Source of the DNA: a virus
Taxonomy: Duplodnaviria; Caudoviricetes
Virus record (IMG/VR): IMGVR_UViG_2524614847_000004
Coordinates: 32,001-96,000 of that record
Strand: one strand, 5' to 3'
DNA: 64,000 bases
Notes under the pieces: model-generated
The model's input: only the letters and a program-made list of their open reading frames with translations
Database searches by the model: none
What the model was told of the DNA's origin: nothing
Position numbers and translations under genes: made by a program
Shown: positions 41,094 through 52,353 of the stretch, in pieces
Layout of the letters: each line of letters starts with the position of its first letter
Numbering within the stretch: the stretch's first letter is position 1

Positions 41094-41303
41094 GGGGTGA
41101 TATGAATGTTTGACATTATAACGAAGACAATCGGCCTTACAGATGACGAAGTATCCATCTTGAAAGAAGTTCTTGAAACTCGCCAAGATACATGCGTGTC
41201 TATTGGAGAAACGGTGACTATCGAAGGACTTTTGGAGAAGTTAGATTAATTACGAAATACATGTTTTTATGTATAAATATAACACATAAAGGAGTGAATA
41301 CAC

Positions 41304-41519
41304 ATGATTTATGATTACGAAAAAGAAGTAATTACATTTGAAAGCCCGGCAGAGGAAGCCGATTATAAGGCACATATGGCTGAATATGGCCCGGAAGCTG
41401 GCCCGGCAGCTGGCAAGTCTCATCCCGATGATTGCCCGTATTGTGCAGCTCGTGGTTGGAATACCTTCCCTGGTACATCTTTCAAAGAAGAGTGTGCTAG
41501 GAGAAAAGCACAGCAGTAA
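41304..41519 (+). CDS. Hypothetical protein
   Basis: RBS; CPYC motif. Confidence 0.5.
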   Translation: MIYDYEKEVITFESPAEEADYKAHMAEYGPEAGPAAGKSHPDDCPYCAARGWNTFPGTSFKEECARRKAQQ

Positions 41520-41636
41520 TTTAGGAAGTGTAGATGTAACAATCTACTCTTCTATTTTTGTATTGAATAGCGATTTGCTTGAGAATTTGGAGCCATTGAA
41601 GGCTCTATTTATTTTGTTAAGAATGGAGGTGAGACT

Positions 41637-42713
41637 TTGGCTACGGTAGGAAAAACCAAAGAAGATATTGTACGTGAGTCAATGAACTCACCAAAAGAAA
41701 TTGATACAAGCGTTGAATTTAAGATACCAAGATCTCCACAACTGTACGATCCAGAGAAACATAAATATAAATGCTCTTGTTGTGGAAGAGGATATACAAC
41801 TCAAAATGGCAATTTTCAAAAAACTAATGACGTGTTGTTTCAAGCAAATGATGGATATTTACCTTGGTGCAAAGACTGTACTGACGCTTATGTGGTGCAA
41901 ACTACTGCCCTATTTTCAAATAATGAAGAATTAGCCATGAAAGATTTTTGCCAAAGAGCTGGATGGAACTACGATTTAACCGCATTGGTTGCATCTAGGG
42001 AAACATATAGTGGACATCGAAATCGTTCCAGAATCTCTCATTATGCGGCCAAGAAGAATTTGAATTGTGAAGGTAGAAAAACATATATAGATTCTCTGAA
42101 ATTTAATTATAACAATCGAAGTGTTGACACTATCAACTCTATCGAAGATGTTAAAGAGTCCAAAACCGTCAAGTTGAAAACCGTAAAATTTTTTGGGGCA
42201 GGTTTTCCAGATGATGATTATCCATATCTTCAAGAGCAATATGATGATTGGACAAGTAGGTGCGAGTGTAAAACAAAAGCTCAAGAAGAGGTTTTTAAAA
42301 GAATCTGTTTTAAGCAACTGGAGATTTTAAAGGCTAACAGGGCAGGAAAAGACACCAAGGACTTAGACAAAACATTTCAAGATTATTTGGATACTGCTAA
42401 TCTTAAACCAAAGCAGAATAATTTAGACGTACTTTCAGATGCTCAGACATTTGGTACGCTATTAGCAAAATGGGAAACTGAAAGACCTCTTCCAGATATA
42501 GATGAGGAATTACAAGATATTGATAAAATAGGCTTATATATTGATGTATTTTTTCGTGGGCATCTAGCTAAAATGATGGGACTCAAAAATGGACTGTCAA
42601 ATCTTTACTCTAAGTTTATTAAAGAATATACTGTTGAGCGCCCAGAATATCAAGGTGATGAAGATAATGAAGCGTTGTTTGATGCAATTTTCGGAAGCAA
42701 GAATGATGAGTAG
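41637..42713 (+). CDS. Zn-finger packaging protein (YonG-like; possible terminase small subunit)
   Basis: CxxCG...WCKDC; immediately upstream of the terminase. Confidence 0.6.
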   Translation: MATVGKTKEDIVRESMNSPKEIDTSVEFKIPRSPQLYDPEKHKYKCSCCGRGYTTQNGNFQKTNDVLFQANDGYLPWCKDCTDAYVVQTTALFSNNEELAMKDFCQRAGWNYDLTALVASRETYSGHRNRSRISHYAAKKNLNCEGRKTYIDSLKFNYNNRSVDTINSIEDVKESKTVKLKTVKFFGAGFPDDDYPYLQEQYDDWTSRCECKTKAQEEVFKRICFKQLEILKANRAGKDTKDLDKTFQDYLDTANLKPKQNNLDVLSDAQTFGTLLAKWETERPLPDIDEELQDIDKIGLYIDVFFRGHLAKMMGLKNGLSNLYSKFIKEYTVERPEYQGDEDNEALFDAIFGSKNDE

Positions 42714-42721
42714 GTGATACC

Positions 42722-44491
42722 ATGTCCGAAAATCGTAAAATGACAACAAAAGAAGTAGCTAACGAAAAAGCCGAGCGTATGATGAATGGTGTTGCTTATT
42801 GGGGCGCATTCTATCGAAAAAACCCTCAGCGATTTTGTAAAGATTATTTAAACATACATTTAAAGCTTTTTCAAAAAATATTGCTTTATGCAATGATGGT
42901 GAACAACTATTTTATGTTTTGTGCGAGTCGTGGTCTTGGTAAAACTTGGCTAACGGCTCTTTTTTGTATAGTAAGATGTATTTTATTCCCTGGTACAAAA
43001 ATATGTGTCGCCAGTTCTACTAGAGTACAGGCGAACGAGGTGCTTTTAAAAATAACAGATGATTTTTGTAAAAACTATGATTGGGGATCTGACTTATTAA
43101 ACAATGAAATATCAAATAAATCAGTCGGACAAAATAATGCAGTTATAGAGTTCAAAAATGGGTCATGGATTAGAGTTGTTACGGCTTCAGATAACGGACG
43201 TGGAGCAAGAGCCAACATCCTTATCGTCGATGAATTCCGTATGGTAGATTTAGATGTTATAAATACAGTTCTTCGTAAATTTCTTACCGCGCCTCGTAGC
43301 CCTGGGTATCTCAATAAGAAAGAATATGAATTACTAACAGAACGTAACAAAGAAATATATATGTCGAGTTGCTGGTATAAGAGTCACTGGTCTTTTGAAA
43401 AAGCCAAAGCATATGTTGTGAATTTTCTAGACGCATCTAAGAAGTATTTTATTTGTGGTCTTCCATATCAAATTGCGATTAAAGAAAATCTTCTATCGAG
43501 AGAACAGGTTGAAGATGAGATGTCTGAAACCGATTTTGATGAAACCAAGTTTAGTATGGAAATGGGATGCTTTTGGTATGGAGACACTGGAGACGCTTTT
43601 TTCTCTTTCGATGATGTTTCGAAACGAAGAAAAATTCAAAATGCAATGTATCCTCCATCTGATAAATACAAGGTTCCTGATTTGGCAATTAATGAAAGAA
43701 GAATATTATCGGTAGACGTTGCTTTAATGGCTTCAAAAAAGAACAAGAATAATGACGCTAGTTCTATTATCGTGAACAGTTGTTTACAAACCTCTAATAA
43801 TAATTATATTTCAAATATTGTATATTCCGAGAATCATGAGGGTTTGACAACAGACGAATTAGGAATTATTGTAATGAGGCTCTTCTATTCTATGAAATGT
43901 ACTGATTTAGTTCTAGACTCTGGTGGAAACGGACTTGGGGTATATGATTTCATTATAAAAAATCAGTTTGACCCAGATACAGGAGAGCCGTATCGGGCAA
44001 TGACATGTTGTAATAATAAAGATATGGAAGATCGATGTAAAATAAGAGACGCAAACAGGGTGGTGTGGTGTATTAAAGCAACTCAACAGTTCAACAACGA
44101 AATGTGTACAATGCTTAGAAGTGGATTTAAAAGTGGTAAAATAAATCTTCTCGTATCTGAATTTGAAGCCGAAGAAATTCTTCGAGATAAAATTAAAGGT
44201 TTTACAAAATTATCTCTGGCTGAACAAACAGACAAAAAAATGCCTTACATACAAACAACTTTATTAATTTATGAGTTGATCAAGCTAAACAGTAAAATAA
44301 AAGGGTCTGTAGTAAAAATTGAAGAACAATCAGGCGAAAGAAAAGATAGATATAGTAGCATCGGAATGAATTACTGGGTTACAAGACAAATTGAGATCAA
44401 CCAAAAACCAGAATTAGATGAGGTTAATACTAAGAGACTTACTTCTCTTGCTAGAAAACCTAAACTATACTCTTACTCAAAAGGAAGGTGA
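42722..44491 (+). CDS. Terminase large subunit
   Basis: Walker A ASRGLGKT, Walker B LIVDE, nuclease SVDVA...KDRYSS. Confidence 0.9.
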   Translation: MSENRKMTTKEVANEKAERMMNGVAYWGAFYRKNPQRFCKDYLNIHLKLFQKILLYAMMVNNYFMFCASRGLGKTWLTALFCIVRCILFPGTKICVASSTRVQANEVLLKITDDFCKNYDWGSDLLNNEISNKSVGQNNAVIEFKNGSWIRVVTASDNGRGARANILIVDEFRMVDLDVINTVLRKFLTAPRSPGYLNKKEYELLTERNKEIYMSSCWYKSHWSFEKAKAYVVNFLDASKKYFICGLPYQIAIKENLLSREQVEDEMSETDFDETKFSMEMGCFWYGDTGDAFFSFDDVSKRRKIQNAMYPPSDKYKVPDLAINERRILSVDVALMASKKNKNNDASSIIVNSCLQTSNNNYISNIVYSENHEGLTTDELGIIVMRLFYSMKCTDLVLDSGGNGLGVYDFIIKNQFDPDTGEPYRAMTCCNNKDMEDRCKIRDANRVVWCIKATQQFNNEMCTMLRSGFKSGKINLLVSEFEAEEILRDKIKGFTKLSLAEQTDKKMPYIQTTLLIYELIKLNSKIKGSVVKIEEQSGERKDRYSSIGMNYWVTRQIEINQKPELDEVNTKRLTSLARKPKLYSYSKGR

Positions 44492-46035
44492 TTATCATAG
44501 AAACAGACAAAAATAAAGTAACTTCAACTAGCATTCAAGATCAAAAATTAAAAGACGAAAAAAGTTTGAATGATTTCTATAATGGTAAATCATCTTCTTT
44601 TGATTATTCCTCTTTAAAACGACTTGTTCTAGCTGAGTTGAGTTACAATAACTCAATTAAATATAATCGTATTTGCGGTTTTACAAGGAAGCAAATTCTT
44701 AACATGATTCAATCTCCTGAAAGATATGGAGATTACATATTACGATTATCTCAATACATGATGTTGAAAAGCGGATACTATAAGAGATTAATTGACTACT
44801 TTGCAAATATGGGAATTGTAAATTGGACTGTTGACACTGAAGTAGTTGATGCCAAATTTTTCAATGTAAGCGAAAAGACTCTGCGAAATAATTATATAAA
44901 ATTTTGTAACCAGTGCAGTTTATTCAGATTAGAGACGAATATAACTTCAATCTTAAAAAAGATGTTCGTAGAAGACGTGTGTTATGGATTTTTAGAGGAA
45001 TCAGATTTTGACACCTCTATATTTTTTATTGATCCTAGATATTGTGAGATTACAAAAAATGTAAATGGCAATGTTTATCAGTTTGCAATAAATAGATCTT
45101 TGTTGACTGACAATTACATAAAATCTCTTCCTAAATCTCTTCAAGTTTTACTAGAAGAATCAACAATTAACCTCAATAATCTGGTACAGGTTCCATACGA
45201 AAACTCTATATGTTTGAAGTATAATAATGATGTTACATATCCTTATCCACCGTTCTTTAATCTGATTTCCGATATTTTATTAATAGATGATTATAAGGAT
45301 TTGGCAAAAGCTAAAACCGAGTCAGATGCTTATAAATTAGTTTATTTTAAAATACCAACTAATGATGATGGTAAAATTTCGATGGGTGATGAAATTGTAG
45401 TACCATTCGTTGAAATGACAAAAGATATTATTCCTGAAACTTGGGGCGTTGTACCATCTCCAATGGACTTGCAATTAGTTGAATCAAAGTCAACGGTGTC
45501 AGACGATACGAATAAAGTGCAAGAAGCTGTGGATTCGTATTATGGAGAAGCGGGGGTATCAAAATCGTTAATTTCATCTGCGTCTAGTGGGTCTGAACTA
45601 AAATTATCAATAAAAGTTGATTCATCTGATATGTATAGGATTTATCGTATGATCGAAAATTGGATGGACTTACAGTTAAAGTTAAGAGGATTTATTTTTG
45701 AGGCATATCGTTTCGTTTATGATATCTTAGATATTACCATATATGACTCTCAAGACGCTATAGACAAAGAATTGAAACTTGCTCAGGTATCTGTTCCAAA
45801 TAAAATGAGACTGCTTGCAACTATGGGGATTAATCCCTTAAAACTATTAGGAAATAGTGTGATTGAAAATACAATCTTTAAAGATGTATTTGAGGGTTGG
45901 AAGCCGTTACAGTCTTCGTTTACTCAAGGAGGAAGTGATAAACAAGGTAGGCCTCCCAAAGATGAAACTGAAATATCAGATGTAACGGATACTCAGCGTA
46001 ACAATGATTCAAATAATACGGACAATCGTATATAG
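44488..46035 (+). CDS. Portal protein
   Basis: Size, position after the terminase, C-terminal GRP tail. Confidence 0.75.
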   Translation: MIIIETDKNKVTSTSIQDQKLKDEKSLNDFYNGKSSSFDYSSLKRLVLAELSYNNSIKYNRICGFTRKQILNMIQSPERYGDYILRLSQYMMLKSGYYKRLIDYFANMGIVNWTVDTEVVDAKFFNVSEKTLRNNYIKFCNQCSLFRLETNITSILKKMFVEDVCYGFLEESDFDTSIFFIDPRYCEITKNVNGNVYQFAINRSLLTDNYIKSLPKSLQVLLEESTINLNNLVQVPYENSICLKYNNDVTYPYPPFFNLISDILLIDDYKDLAKAKTESDAYKLVYFKIPTNDDGKISMGDEIVVPFVEMTKDIIPETWGVVPSPMDLQLVESKSTVSDDTNKVQEAVDSYYGEAGVSKSLISSASSGSELKLSIKVDSSDMYRIYRMIENWMDLQLKLRGFIFEAYRFVYDILDITIYDSQDAIDKELKLAQVSVPNKMRLLATMGINPLKLLGNSVIENTIFKDVFEGWKPLQSSFTQGGSDKQGRPPKDETEISDVTDTQRNNDSNNTDNRI

Positions 46036-46259
46036 TGAAGGCTGGTGAAACATTGGGTGTTATTATTGTGGTTAATTATGACGTTGCAGAAGAACTAAGA
46101 TTGTTAGGGTACAATTATTCAAAAATACATACTAGTAATTGTATATTATATCAATTCATAGAGTCTGAGAGTTTGCGAAAGGAACTGTTATCAAAATATG
46201 ATAATGGTTCTTTTTTTGTGTCAAAAAATATTTGTTATTGAAAGGGGTGAAAGTTTTTC

Positions 46260-47660
46260 TTGGATAAAAAGATAGTCAGATATGAAACAGAAATTAAGAT
46301 CTTAGATTCGTCAATAAAAGTATTAAATCCACAGTTCAGCTTATGTGATGTTCTGGTCTGTTACCATGGAGATAATCGAAATTATACATCTTTACCAAAA
46401 AAGATTATTGAAGATAATCTATATTCAATATACGGAGTTCCCATCATTGGTGAGTGGATTTATAAACTTGATGGAACAGATGAAAAAACATGGGGTTCTC
46501 ATGGAGGAAGAATAATTCTTGATGATAATGGGATTCACTTTGAGCAGACCACAAGGCCCTTTGGATTTGTAACAAAAGAAGCCGCAGATAATGCAACTTG
46601 GGTCACTATTACCGAAAAAGATGGTCATACAAAACATGAGTATTTAAAACTATCTGGATGTATCTTATGGACAGATAGATATGAAGAGTCTAAAACAATT
46701 TTAGATGATAATTATGGTCAATCAATGGAAATTGAAATTCCAAAAGGTCATTATAGAAATGACAACTATTTTGAAGCAGAGAAAATCACATTCTCTGCTC
46801 TTTGTATTTTAGGAACTAATGTTGAGCCTTGTTTCGAATCTGCATGCATAGGTAGGCATTATAATTTGGATTCGTTCAAGATGGAGTACTCTCTTATGCT
46901 TGATGAATATAAAAAAATTAACGAAGAAAATAAAAATGAGGAGGTAAATTGTAAGATGAACTTTGACAAAATCAAAGATCTTATTTCAACTTACTCTTAT
47001 GGAGAGAATGAAAGTCCCAAATATTCATTAATTGGTAATACAACAGAACATGACTTTACCGTTATTGATATGGAGGACGGATTCAAAATCTATAAGATTG
47101 AGTATACAGTTGACAATGAAGAAATTGTTGTCGATTGGGAGTCAAAAGTTGAAATGAATTTTTCACTGATTGAAAAGGCTGGTGACATGTCTGATGTAAG
47201 CAAAGCTGTTGAGGTTATTGCAGATAAGATGTATGAGATGAGAGCAGAAAATTTGACTGCTGATTTAAACTCTAAAATTGACGAAATGGCACAGGAATAT
47301 TCAAATGTCACAAATGAATTGAACGCCGCTAATGAAAAGATTAGGTCATATGAAAGTAAAGAGGCAAAAGTTAAAATGGATAACCATAAAGCAGAAGTTG
47401 AGGAAATCATCAAAAATTATTCTGCTAAGTTGGGCAGATTTCCTAAGTTCTTAATATATAAAGCGAAACTGAATCCTGAAACTATTTCTGTTGACAAATT
47501 AACAGAAGATTTAACCTTAATGGCTGGTGAAGCAATGATGAATGGAAGAAAGGATTTTTCTTATACTCCAAATGAAGTTGATGCCCCCAAAAAGAAATCA
47601 TATTCAGACAATAGCGCAAATCGCTATGGCAATTTACTTGACAAGTACAGAAACATGTAA
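46260..47660 (+). CDS. Prohead protease/scaffold (YonD-like)
   Basis: HGDNRN, QSMEI and ALCILG..VEPCF motifs; C-terminal coiled coil. Confidence 0.7.
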   Translation: MDKKIVRYETEIKILDSSIKVLNPQFSLCDVLVCYHGDNRNYTSLPKKIIEDNLYSIYGVPIIGEWIYKLDGTDEKTWGSHGGRIILDDNGIHFEQTTRPFGFVTKEAADNATWVTITEKDGHTKHEYLKLSGCILWTDRYEESKTILDDNYGQSMEIEIPKGHYRNDNYFEAEKITFSALCILGTNVEPCFESACIGRHYNLDSFKMEYSLMLDEYKKINEENKNEEVNCKMNFDKIKDLISTYSYGENESPKYSLIGNTTEHDFTVIDMEDGFKIYKIEYTVDNEEIVVDWESKVEMNFSLIEKAGDMSDVSKAVEVIADKMYEMRAENLTADLNSKIDEMAQEYSNVTNELNAANEKIRSYESKEAKVKMDNHKAEVEEIIKNYSAKLGRFPKFLIYKAKLNPETISVDKLTEDLTLMAGEAMMNGRKDFSYTPNEVDAPKKKSYSDNSANRYGNLLDKYRNM

Positions 47661-47677
47661 AATAGGAGGATTTAAAA

Positions 47678-48244
47678 ATGGCATATAACGTAGTAGAGAC
47701 AACGAATTTATATGGGAGCAAGGCTCTCTCATTTCAGGCAACAACCAACATAGAAAATGGTTTTTTAATTGCCAAAGGCGATCTTGTTACGGGAGAAACA
47801 GAAGTTTACACAGCGAAAGTACCTACTGCAACAGATGAAGTGTATCTAGTTGCTAATCCCGCTTGGAGTTATAACGATGATAGAGCAACTGATCAGAATG
47901 AGGAGAATTTTATTAATAAGGCGGGAATTGCTTTTAGAGGTCGCCAGTTAAAGAAAGACAATAAGTTTAAAGTGTATAGCTATGGAATCACCCCTATCGC
48001 TGAAGGGACACCGGTTGCAGAGGGACAGTTTATTACGATTGACGGAACTACACATAAACCCAAAGCAGTTGCATCTGCTCCCGAAGGTGGCTTTTATGGA
48101 AAAGTAACTGCTGTTGATACAATTGGATTCCCTTATTGCGTTGGTTCTCTTGGAACTTCAACCACGCTTGGCGGAGAAAATATGGGATATACCGTAGACA
48201 CCACAGTAACAAAAGTAACCATTGAAGTCGTAAAAAATGTTTAA
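47678..48244 (+). CDS. Head decoration/structural protein
   Basis: Between scaffold and capsid genes. Confidence 0.55.
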   Translation: MAYNVVETTNLYGSKALSFQATTNIENGFLIAKGDLVTGETEVYTAKVPTATDEVYLVANPAWSYNDDRATDQNEENFINKAGIAFRGRQLKKDNKFKVYSYGITPIAEGTPVAEGQFITIDGTTHKPKAVASAPEGGFYGKVTAVDTIGFPYCVGSLGTSTTLGGENMGYTVDTTVTKVTIEVVKNV

Positions 48245-48260
48245 TTTGGAGGAAGCGTAA

Positions 48261-49277
48261 ATGAAGGGATACTTATTAGAATTAACAAACTTAATGAATG
48301 ATTCTCTGTCTAACAGAGTTGCACTTTTTGATGTAAACGCAAGCAAATATACCGATCAGGCAATTAGAGAGGCGTTTTTTGAAATTCTAGGTGACGAAAA
48401 GCTCACATGGCAGGGTTGGAGAAATCATAAGAACGAAATATTTACCGTAATGGAAACCGTTCTTACTACTAATCTCCCACTAGCTTGGGAAAATTCTACG
48501 TTTTACGATCAGTTTGTGGAAACAAAAAACGGCGCACTTGGAGATAAGAATGAATTCGTAGTAGAAGACAATTCTATTCTTGTTGCAAGTAGATTTGCCG
48601 GTAATTATTGGTCTACCGATCGCACGAAGTTACAGGGTAAAAAGTCTTTTGGACTTGCAACAGAGTGGATTTTCTTGCACATCTATGATGAGCTTGAAAG
48701 ATTCTTAAAGGGAACTACCACTCTTGCTGATATGATTGGCAAGTTACAGAAAGGGTTCCAGAACGAAATTGACACAAGAATTTTTACTGCATTTAACGGC
48801 GCAGGAACATACTTACCAGCTAAATTTCAGGAATCCGGTGCTTATGATAGATCTACTATGGCGGATCTGATTGAAAGAGTTCAGAAAGCCTCCCAGAAAA
48901 ATGTTGTATTAGCTGGTACTCGTACTGCGCTTGCACAGATTGTTGAAGGTATGGATTCTAAGTTAATCTCAGATTCTCAGAAAGAGGAATTTGCAACAAA
49001 GGGTTGCATTTTAAGTCTTACAGGTCTTGGCGTTAGTGCAATCATGATTCCACAGGCGTTAGTTCGTGGCACGTATGATTTTAAGGTCGACAACAATGTA
49101 ATTTACGTCCTTCCTGATTCTGAGAAACCTATCAAGTTATATTTTGAGGGAGACACCAGAGCAAGAGAAATTCAGCCGAATGAGTCTGAAGATATGACCA
49201 TGGATACTCAGGTTCAAACAAAGCTGGGTTGCGCTACTGTATTCAGTAATCTCATTGGTAGATATCAGTTGGCATAA
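48261..49277 (+). CDS. Major capsid protein
   Basis: 338 aa; synteny; followed by a terminator. Confidence 0.75.
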   Translation: MKGYLLELTNLMNDSLSNRVALFDVNASKYTDQAIREAFFEILGDEKLTWQGWRNHKNEIFTVMETVLTTNLPLAWENSTFYDQFVETKNGALGDKNEFVVEDNSILVASRFAGNYWSTDRTKLQGKKSFGLATEWIFLHIYDELERFLKGTTTLADMIGKLQKGFQNEIDTRIFTAFNGAGTYLPAKFQESGAYDRSTMADLIERVQKASQKNVVLAGTRTALAQIVEGMDSKLISDSQKEEFATKGCILSLTGLGVSAIMIPQALVRGTYDFKVDNNVIYVLPDSEKPIKLYFEGDTRAREIQPNESEDMTMDTQVQTKLGCATVFSNLIGRYQLA

Positions 49278-49332
49278 TTATAACACTTTTCGCAGCATCT
49301 TAATTGGTGCTGCTTTTTAACGAGGTAATAAT

Positions 49333-49536
49333 ATGGAAAAAGAAAAAACAAATCCATTTTTCCATTGTTACTCTTTTAAATTATGTTATTTCCTTAAATC
49401 ACAAGGATTCAGCTATGTTTCCAAAGATAAAAATAATAAGAATAATTTGACATTCTACAAATTTATTAAATCGAATGACTTAAACATAGCAATTGGTAAA
49501 TGGAATGATTTAAAAGACAAATCTAAGGAGGTATAA
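49333..49536 (+). CDS. DUF5659-like small protein
   Basis: FHCYS..L..FL...GF pattern. Confidence 0.5.
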   Translation: MEKEKTNPFFHCYSFKLCYFLKSQGFSYVSKDKNNKNNLTFYKFIKSNDLNIAIGKWNDLKDKSKEV

Positions 49537-49539
49537 AAT

Positions 49540-50259
49540 ATGGATTATAATTCAAAAGAATTAGATGAATTAAAAGAGATTGCTAAAACCAGAGGAATTA
49601 AGTGTGGAAATATTAGCAAAGATAAATTAATCGAAAAGCTAAAAGACAACGACGCAGCTAATTTCGCAAATACAACAGATGATGACTTGTCAGAAGAAAA
49701 AATAGAGCAGGTAAAAACAGAAAAGAAATCAAGCGGTTCTCTTCTATCAGCCATTTCAGAAACTATCGATGAATTAGACGAGTCAGTTGATGATGAAGAT
49801 GATTATGATGACACGCTTGCACTTGATACTTCCATTCCGGTTAAGTCCATAACATTTGGAGGATTGACATATAAATCACGTACAAGTGGAGCAGTTTACA
49901 GATGGAATCAAATCGGTGCGATTCAGTACATGACTGTTACTGAGTTAAATGAAATGAACAATTATAAACCATCGTTCCTCAACAAACCGTTTGTGATTCT
50001 TATGGATGAACGAGCTATTAAGAAATTTAGGCTTACACCTGTATATGAAAATGTCGCTAAAGTGAACAATCTTCGCGCAGTTTTTAATTCTGATATGCAG
50101 ACTATCGAAAAGGTGATTGATGATGCATTAAGAGTTAACATGCGAGACATTTTAATCAGCAAGGTTCGTCAGATGTATAAGACTAAAAAATTAGTAGATA
50201 TAAATATCATTCGCCTTCTTGAAAAAAAGATGCAGTTCGATTTATCTGATTCAGAATAA
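49540..50259 (+). CDS. Phage protein with a Rho-N-like helix pair
   Basis: ELKEIAKTRGI...KDKLIEKL. Confidence 0.55.
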   Translation: MDYNSKELDELKEIAKTRGIKCGNISKDKLIEKLKDNDAANFANTTDDDLSEEKIEQVKTEKKSSGSLLSAISETIDELDESVDDEDDYDDTLALDTSIPVKSITFGGLTYKSRTSGAVYRWNQIGAIQYMTVTELNEMNNYKPSFLNKPFVILMDERAIKKFRLTPVYENVAKVNNLRAVFNSDMQTIEKVIDDALRVNMRDILISKVRQMYKTKKLVDINIIRLLEKKMQFDLSDSE

Positions 50260-50273
50260 TTTGAGGTGGACGA

Positions 50274-50717
50274 ATGGGGACTGCATATAAAGAATTAGCT
50301 GATTCCGTCTTTGACAAAATTAAGGATCTTGATTTTATGGATATGGACGAAAATGTGGCTTATGATGTTGTAATAAGGTATATTCGTCCAGCGATAGTGA
50401 AATTTGAGAATTGTAAGCAAGACCTATCAGATAGAAATGATACACTAGAAGAATTTAATTTTTCACTAGACGACAATACTTTTGAACTTCTTGCTAATTA
50501 TATGACAATTGAGTGGCTGACTTCTAATTATATTCTTACATATCAGGCTTTAAAGGGAAGAATGAGTACATCGGATTTTCACAAAATAGATACAAAAGAT
50601 ATTCTTGGCAAAACCACTGAATTACGTAATTCTTTAAAAGCAGAAAACGATCAGTTGGCCATTAATAAATCATATCCAAATTCCAAACTATTTTCGATTG
50701 TAACGAAAAGAAAGTAG
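50274..50717 (+). CDS. Head-tail adaptor candidate
   Basis: Synteny. Confidence 0.5.
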   Translation: MGTAYKELADSVFDKIKDLDFMDMDENVAYDVVIRYIRPAIVKFENCKQDLSDRNDTLEEFNFSLDDNTFELLANYMTIEWLTSNYILTYQALKGRMSTSDFHKIDTKDILGKTTELRNSLKAENDQLAINKSYPNSKLFSIVTKRK

Positions 50718-50725
50718 GTGGAATT

Positions 50726-51817
50726 ATGGGATTGGAATTAATGAAGGAACGAATTAAAAAGAGTGGGTTATCTGTCAGAGAAGAATTGATAAAAGACGCA
50801 AGACAATTATTGGAGAGTGAGAATCAAAACGACTCATCTTATTGCCCCACTATGTATAAACTTGTGTTTGACAAAGACGCTACTATTGAAGAAAAAATTA
50901 ATCCAAGGCTATATTATAAGAAGTATAGCTCAAGTGCAGGAAAAACTCAAAAAATACAAACCGTATATTCAGAGAAATTTGAAGTAGGCGATTGTTTTTA
51001 CGATTCAAAGGATTCATCTTATTGGATATGCACTGAGGCGTTTGATAATGATGATATATCATGGAACGGTAAACTTGCTTATTGTAACTACAAGCTTCAT
51101 TGGCAAAATGAGTCTGGTGAAATAATATCTCGCTATGCTCGTATTCTTAATGCCTCAGCTTATAACAATGGAGAAAAGGAAAATAAAACTCTTACTCTTC
51201 AATCTAATCAGTTTATGGTTTATCTACCATATGACAATGAAACCATGTTATTGGACGATAATAAGAGAATACATATGTCAAAAAACATTCGGAAGTGTAA
51301 GCCATATGAGATTACGAGGATTGATGACATATCCTATGATTTTACAGATAAGGGGCTGATTAATCTAATTTTTACTCAAGTTCAAGCCAGCCCAACTACT
51401 GATAAACTCGTTGATGATGGTACTGGCAATAAAGTATGGATATGTGACTACAATACCCCATCCTCTCCCACTGATCCAGGTGATGAAAATGGCAATCAAA
51501 GTCCAATTTTATTGCAAGCAACATTCACTTGCAAGGGAGATAAGATAATAAAGGCTGGCGGTAGTGCTAAAACTTTTTCTGTTAGTTTTTCAGGTGAAAA
51601 CCAAGTGCCGGTTACTGATGTTGATTATATATGGTCAGTTTCTATCACCAAAGAGTTTAATAACCTATTGACCGTAGAAACACTGTCAAATGGGCAATGT
51701 AAGGTAAAACTTGGATATGATGACTTGGTTGTTGGCAATTATGTAAGATTATCCGTTGTAAACAGTGAAGGTACTGAGATTGGCTACGAATTAATTGAGA
51801 TTGGAGGGAATCTGTAA
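50726..51817 (+). CDS. Neck/head-closure protein with a C-terminal Ig-like domain
   Basis: Synteny; beta-rich C-terminus. Confidence 0.5.
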   Translation: MGLELMKERIKKSGLSVREELIKDARQLLESENQNDSSYCPTMYKLVFDKDATIEEKINPRLYYKKYSSSAGKTQKIQTVYSEKFEVGDCFYDSKDSSYWICTEAFDNDDISWNGKLAYCNYKLHWQNESGEIISRYARILNASAYNNGEKENKTLTLQSNQFMVYLPYDNETMLLDDNKRIHMSKNIRKCKPYEITRIDDISYDFTDKGLINLIFTQVQASPTTDKLVDDGTGNKVWICDYNTPSSPTDPGDENGNQSPILLQATFTCKGDKIIKAGGSAKTFSVSFSGENQVPVTDVDYIWSVSITKEFNNLLTVETLSNGQCKVKLGYDDLVVGNYVRLSVVNSEGTEIGYELIEIGGNL

Positions 51818-52353
51818 TGGCAAATAGTGACATTATCTCTCTAATCAAGAGAAAAGTAAAGAGTGAAATTATGAATGACCCGATAATTGTAAAAGCTTTT
51901 GGGAGTCCCGACTACGATTCTGCCGATGATGGTTGGTCTGGAGAAGACATTGGAGATAATTATTTATTTACTTGGAACCAGAACCCAGAGACTATTCAAA
52001 CGGAAATTACTTTTGTGACATTACAAGTACATACCGATGCTTATAGGGGAAAATGGATAAAACCGACATTGGAGATATGGATTTATAGCCACAATAGACA
52101 TATGAAGTTAAACCCAAAAGATTTCCCTGGAATTGACGAGAACAGGAATGATCATTTGTCAAAATTACTTGATCTAAAATTTAACGGAAGAACAAGCCTT
52201 GGAACAGACGATGATAAGACAAAACTCAATTTAATCGGAGAACTGAAACTTACATCTAATAGAGAAGGTGTGTTTAATGCTGATTTTGTATATAGAAGAA
52301 TGTTGTTTGAAACAAGAGATATAAACAATTCACTCTGTTATGATTCGAGGTGA
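51817..52353 (+). CDS. Tail terminator candidate
   Basis: Synteny. Confidence 0.45.
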   Translation: MANSDIISLIKRKVKSEIMNDPIIVKAFGSPDYDSADDGWSGEDIGDNYLFTWNQNPETIQTEITFVTLQVHTDAYRGKWIKPTLEIWIYSHNRHMKLNPKDFPGIDENRNDHLSKLLDLKFNGRTSLGTDDDKTKLNLIGELKLTSNREGVFNADFVYRRMLFETRDINNSLCYDSR